The translations under genes were made by a program, and so were the position numbers. The notes below the pieces were generated by a model. It was not told where the DNA came from, did not search any database, and saw only the letters and a program-made list of their open reading frames with translations. A DNA stretch of 64,000 bases from the human T2T-CHM13v2.0 reference genome, Homo sapiens. The first letter of the stretch is position 1. Each line of letters begins with the position of its first letter. The stretch is taken from NCBI RefSeq assembly GCF_009914755.1, contig NC_060933.1. One strand, 5' to 3'. This document shows, piece by piece, positions 62,066-64,000 of the stretch.

Positions 62066-64000
62066 AAGATTTTTTTCTCAAAGGCCCTGGGATGACAGGA
62101 AGTAGCACAAGGTCCAGAGCTAAGACCCCTGAGTTCTGATCCCAGCCAAGCCACTGATTGGGTGATCTTAAGACAATCACTCACTCTAACTAGGACTCAT
62201 TTTCTGCCTGTAAACTCAAGAAGTGAATCCAAATGAATTCTAAAATTTAGTTCAGCTTCTATTACTTTAGCAGTTGAATTTCAGGATTCAAGAACAATAC
62301 AAGGAATCAAACAACTATCAAAATAGCAGGTAAATAGGCAGCTATCAGAACAAGATAGAGCCAACCTTGGCAACAGCCCTCTAAGGAAAAGAGTGCTCAA
62401 ATGAAGGGCATCTACTCCAGCTTCTTCTCCAATGCCCCTCTTATGGGGCCAGAAGTTTCAGACTAGCCTGAGCAACATAGTGATAAACCTATCCACAAGC
62501 ATCTCATGATTCCTGCCAGGATTAATCCAGAAGGAGCCATGTTCTTTGTCAACCTGGCAGACAAGATACCAGGGGACAGAATCTGTCCTTCTCTACTTTT
62601 CCTTCTGCCCTTTCTCGCCCCTTCTTCCTTCCCCCAACTACCAATTACCCTTAACTTGGATTGGTAAGGAATTGAGAAACCATCCCAGATACAAATACTA
62701 CTCTGGCAGGAACTTGGTTCATGTAAAGCCTCTGCCTGCAAAATCTTGACAATAGCAAACAGAGGGCAAGCAATTCCAGGCTAGTTAAGTAGGAAAAAAA
62801 GCCAGCTTTTATTTGCTGTAGATAAACCTAAGCTTTTGCACTGTAACCTATATCAGGTACCTGAACCTATGTGCAAACCCTGCACCTTGTCCTCTAGCTA
62901 GAAAGGGTGAAGTTAAAAACTCAAGAAAGTACTGTGATCTCTTATTGAAGAGATAATCTTCCCAGGAGTACAAAGCCACTCAAGATTGAGAAACCAAGTG
63001 GAATGTAAATAGAAGTTCACTGGGATGTACCAAAGAGAGCACTAACCATTGGGGAAAAAAAGTTAATTTGACTTCTTGTTAATAGGAAGGAGAATCTGGC
63101 TCACTATCCTCAAGTATCTATGAGGCATTAAACCTTATTTAGGACATAAAGGGTAACTTTGCATTACAAAGCTACATCTCACAGGGATGTTTAGGTGCTG
63201 CTGTTTTCCAATGACAATAACCTCATCTTGTTGTTCTGAGTTGGGGAACAAGGTCCACACCATTTTAGAGTACTGAGCTTTCAGTACCCTAAAAATGTTT
63301 AATTTGCCCATAGAGACATTTCCATAAAAGCCGTTTTGTTTTATTTTACCTCCCAGATAAGAAGTTTCTCTTAGCAATTAAGAGCAATTCCATGGGTCAT
63401 TTTTTTGATTGCCAGGCATCGTAATCTAATTATTCCAGATTTTACATTCCGTGCATATTATCTGTTATGATTCTAAGAAAACTTTCATCAGATGAAGATT
63501 TTGGAATAGACTCATGCAGGAGCCGCTCCCATTTTCTCTACAGGAGGGGCGCAGGGCAGCCATCTGGCTGTAAGTGGTCCTGGAAGCTGCACTCACATAG
63601 CAGCTTACATAAGATCAAACCATGTCAACAGTTCACATCAAAGAGGGGGCAGTGGATGGAGATTATGCCCCCTTTCCCTTTCATCCACATGGCCAGTACC
63701 CTGATCTCTGGCAGAGTCACACTTTAAATCACTTCTACTAGGTAAGAGTCTAGCGTTGTTTTCTAGTTACCACACAGAAATTTAATAACCTGTGTATTCC
63801 TGGTTGAAACTGACCAGGTAGTAATTTTTTTACTTTCTCACATAACTTAGTTTCTCAGTGAAATACTGATATCCTTTCAGTAGAGTATTCTTTCTTGATT
63901 TTGAAAAGACAAAGGGAACAACATAAGCCCATGTTTGAGGATGACCTATTTCTGCAGCTTAAAACTCAGGTAAGACTTAAAGGTTACAAGATTCTTTAGA

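Overview
Primate (human-like) genomic DNA covering the 3' part of PRUNE2 (BMCC1/BNIPXL) on the minus strand. Seven GT-AG coding exons (27850-27929, 24910-25110, 17155-17328, 10602-10704, 9834-9965, 8879-8965, 1601-1699) splice in compatible phases. They encode ...RLLSEDVGMDIPFEEG...[16 protein letters not shown]...ESIIK, the BNIP-2/BCH (CRAL-TRIO-like) region. Positions 28-64 kb are one long intron containing a full-length but ORF-disrupted L1PA2-like element (+ strand, antisense to the gene), a solo LTR13-like element inserted into an Alu, THE1/MLT/MER elements and many Alus. Best leads: (1) the L1 antisense promoter and ORF0 point into PRUNE2, and both ORF0 splice donors are phase-matched to downstream PRUNE2 exons, predicting in-frame ORF0-BCH fusion transcripts; (2) the same L1 carries a ~150 bp 3' transduction; (3) the BCH entry region has a 9-nt microexon, an AG|GTAAG dual site, a candidate stop exon and a NAGNAG acceptor; (4) local templated and inverted duplications cluster at 7.7-21.4 kb. 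Repeat subfamily names come from recall of consensus sequences, not from a search, and repeat boundaries are approximate unless a TSD is given.
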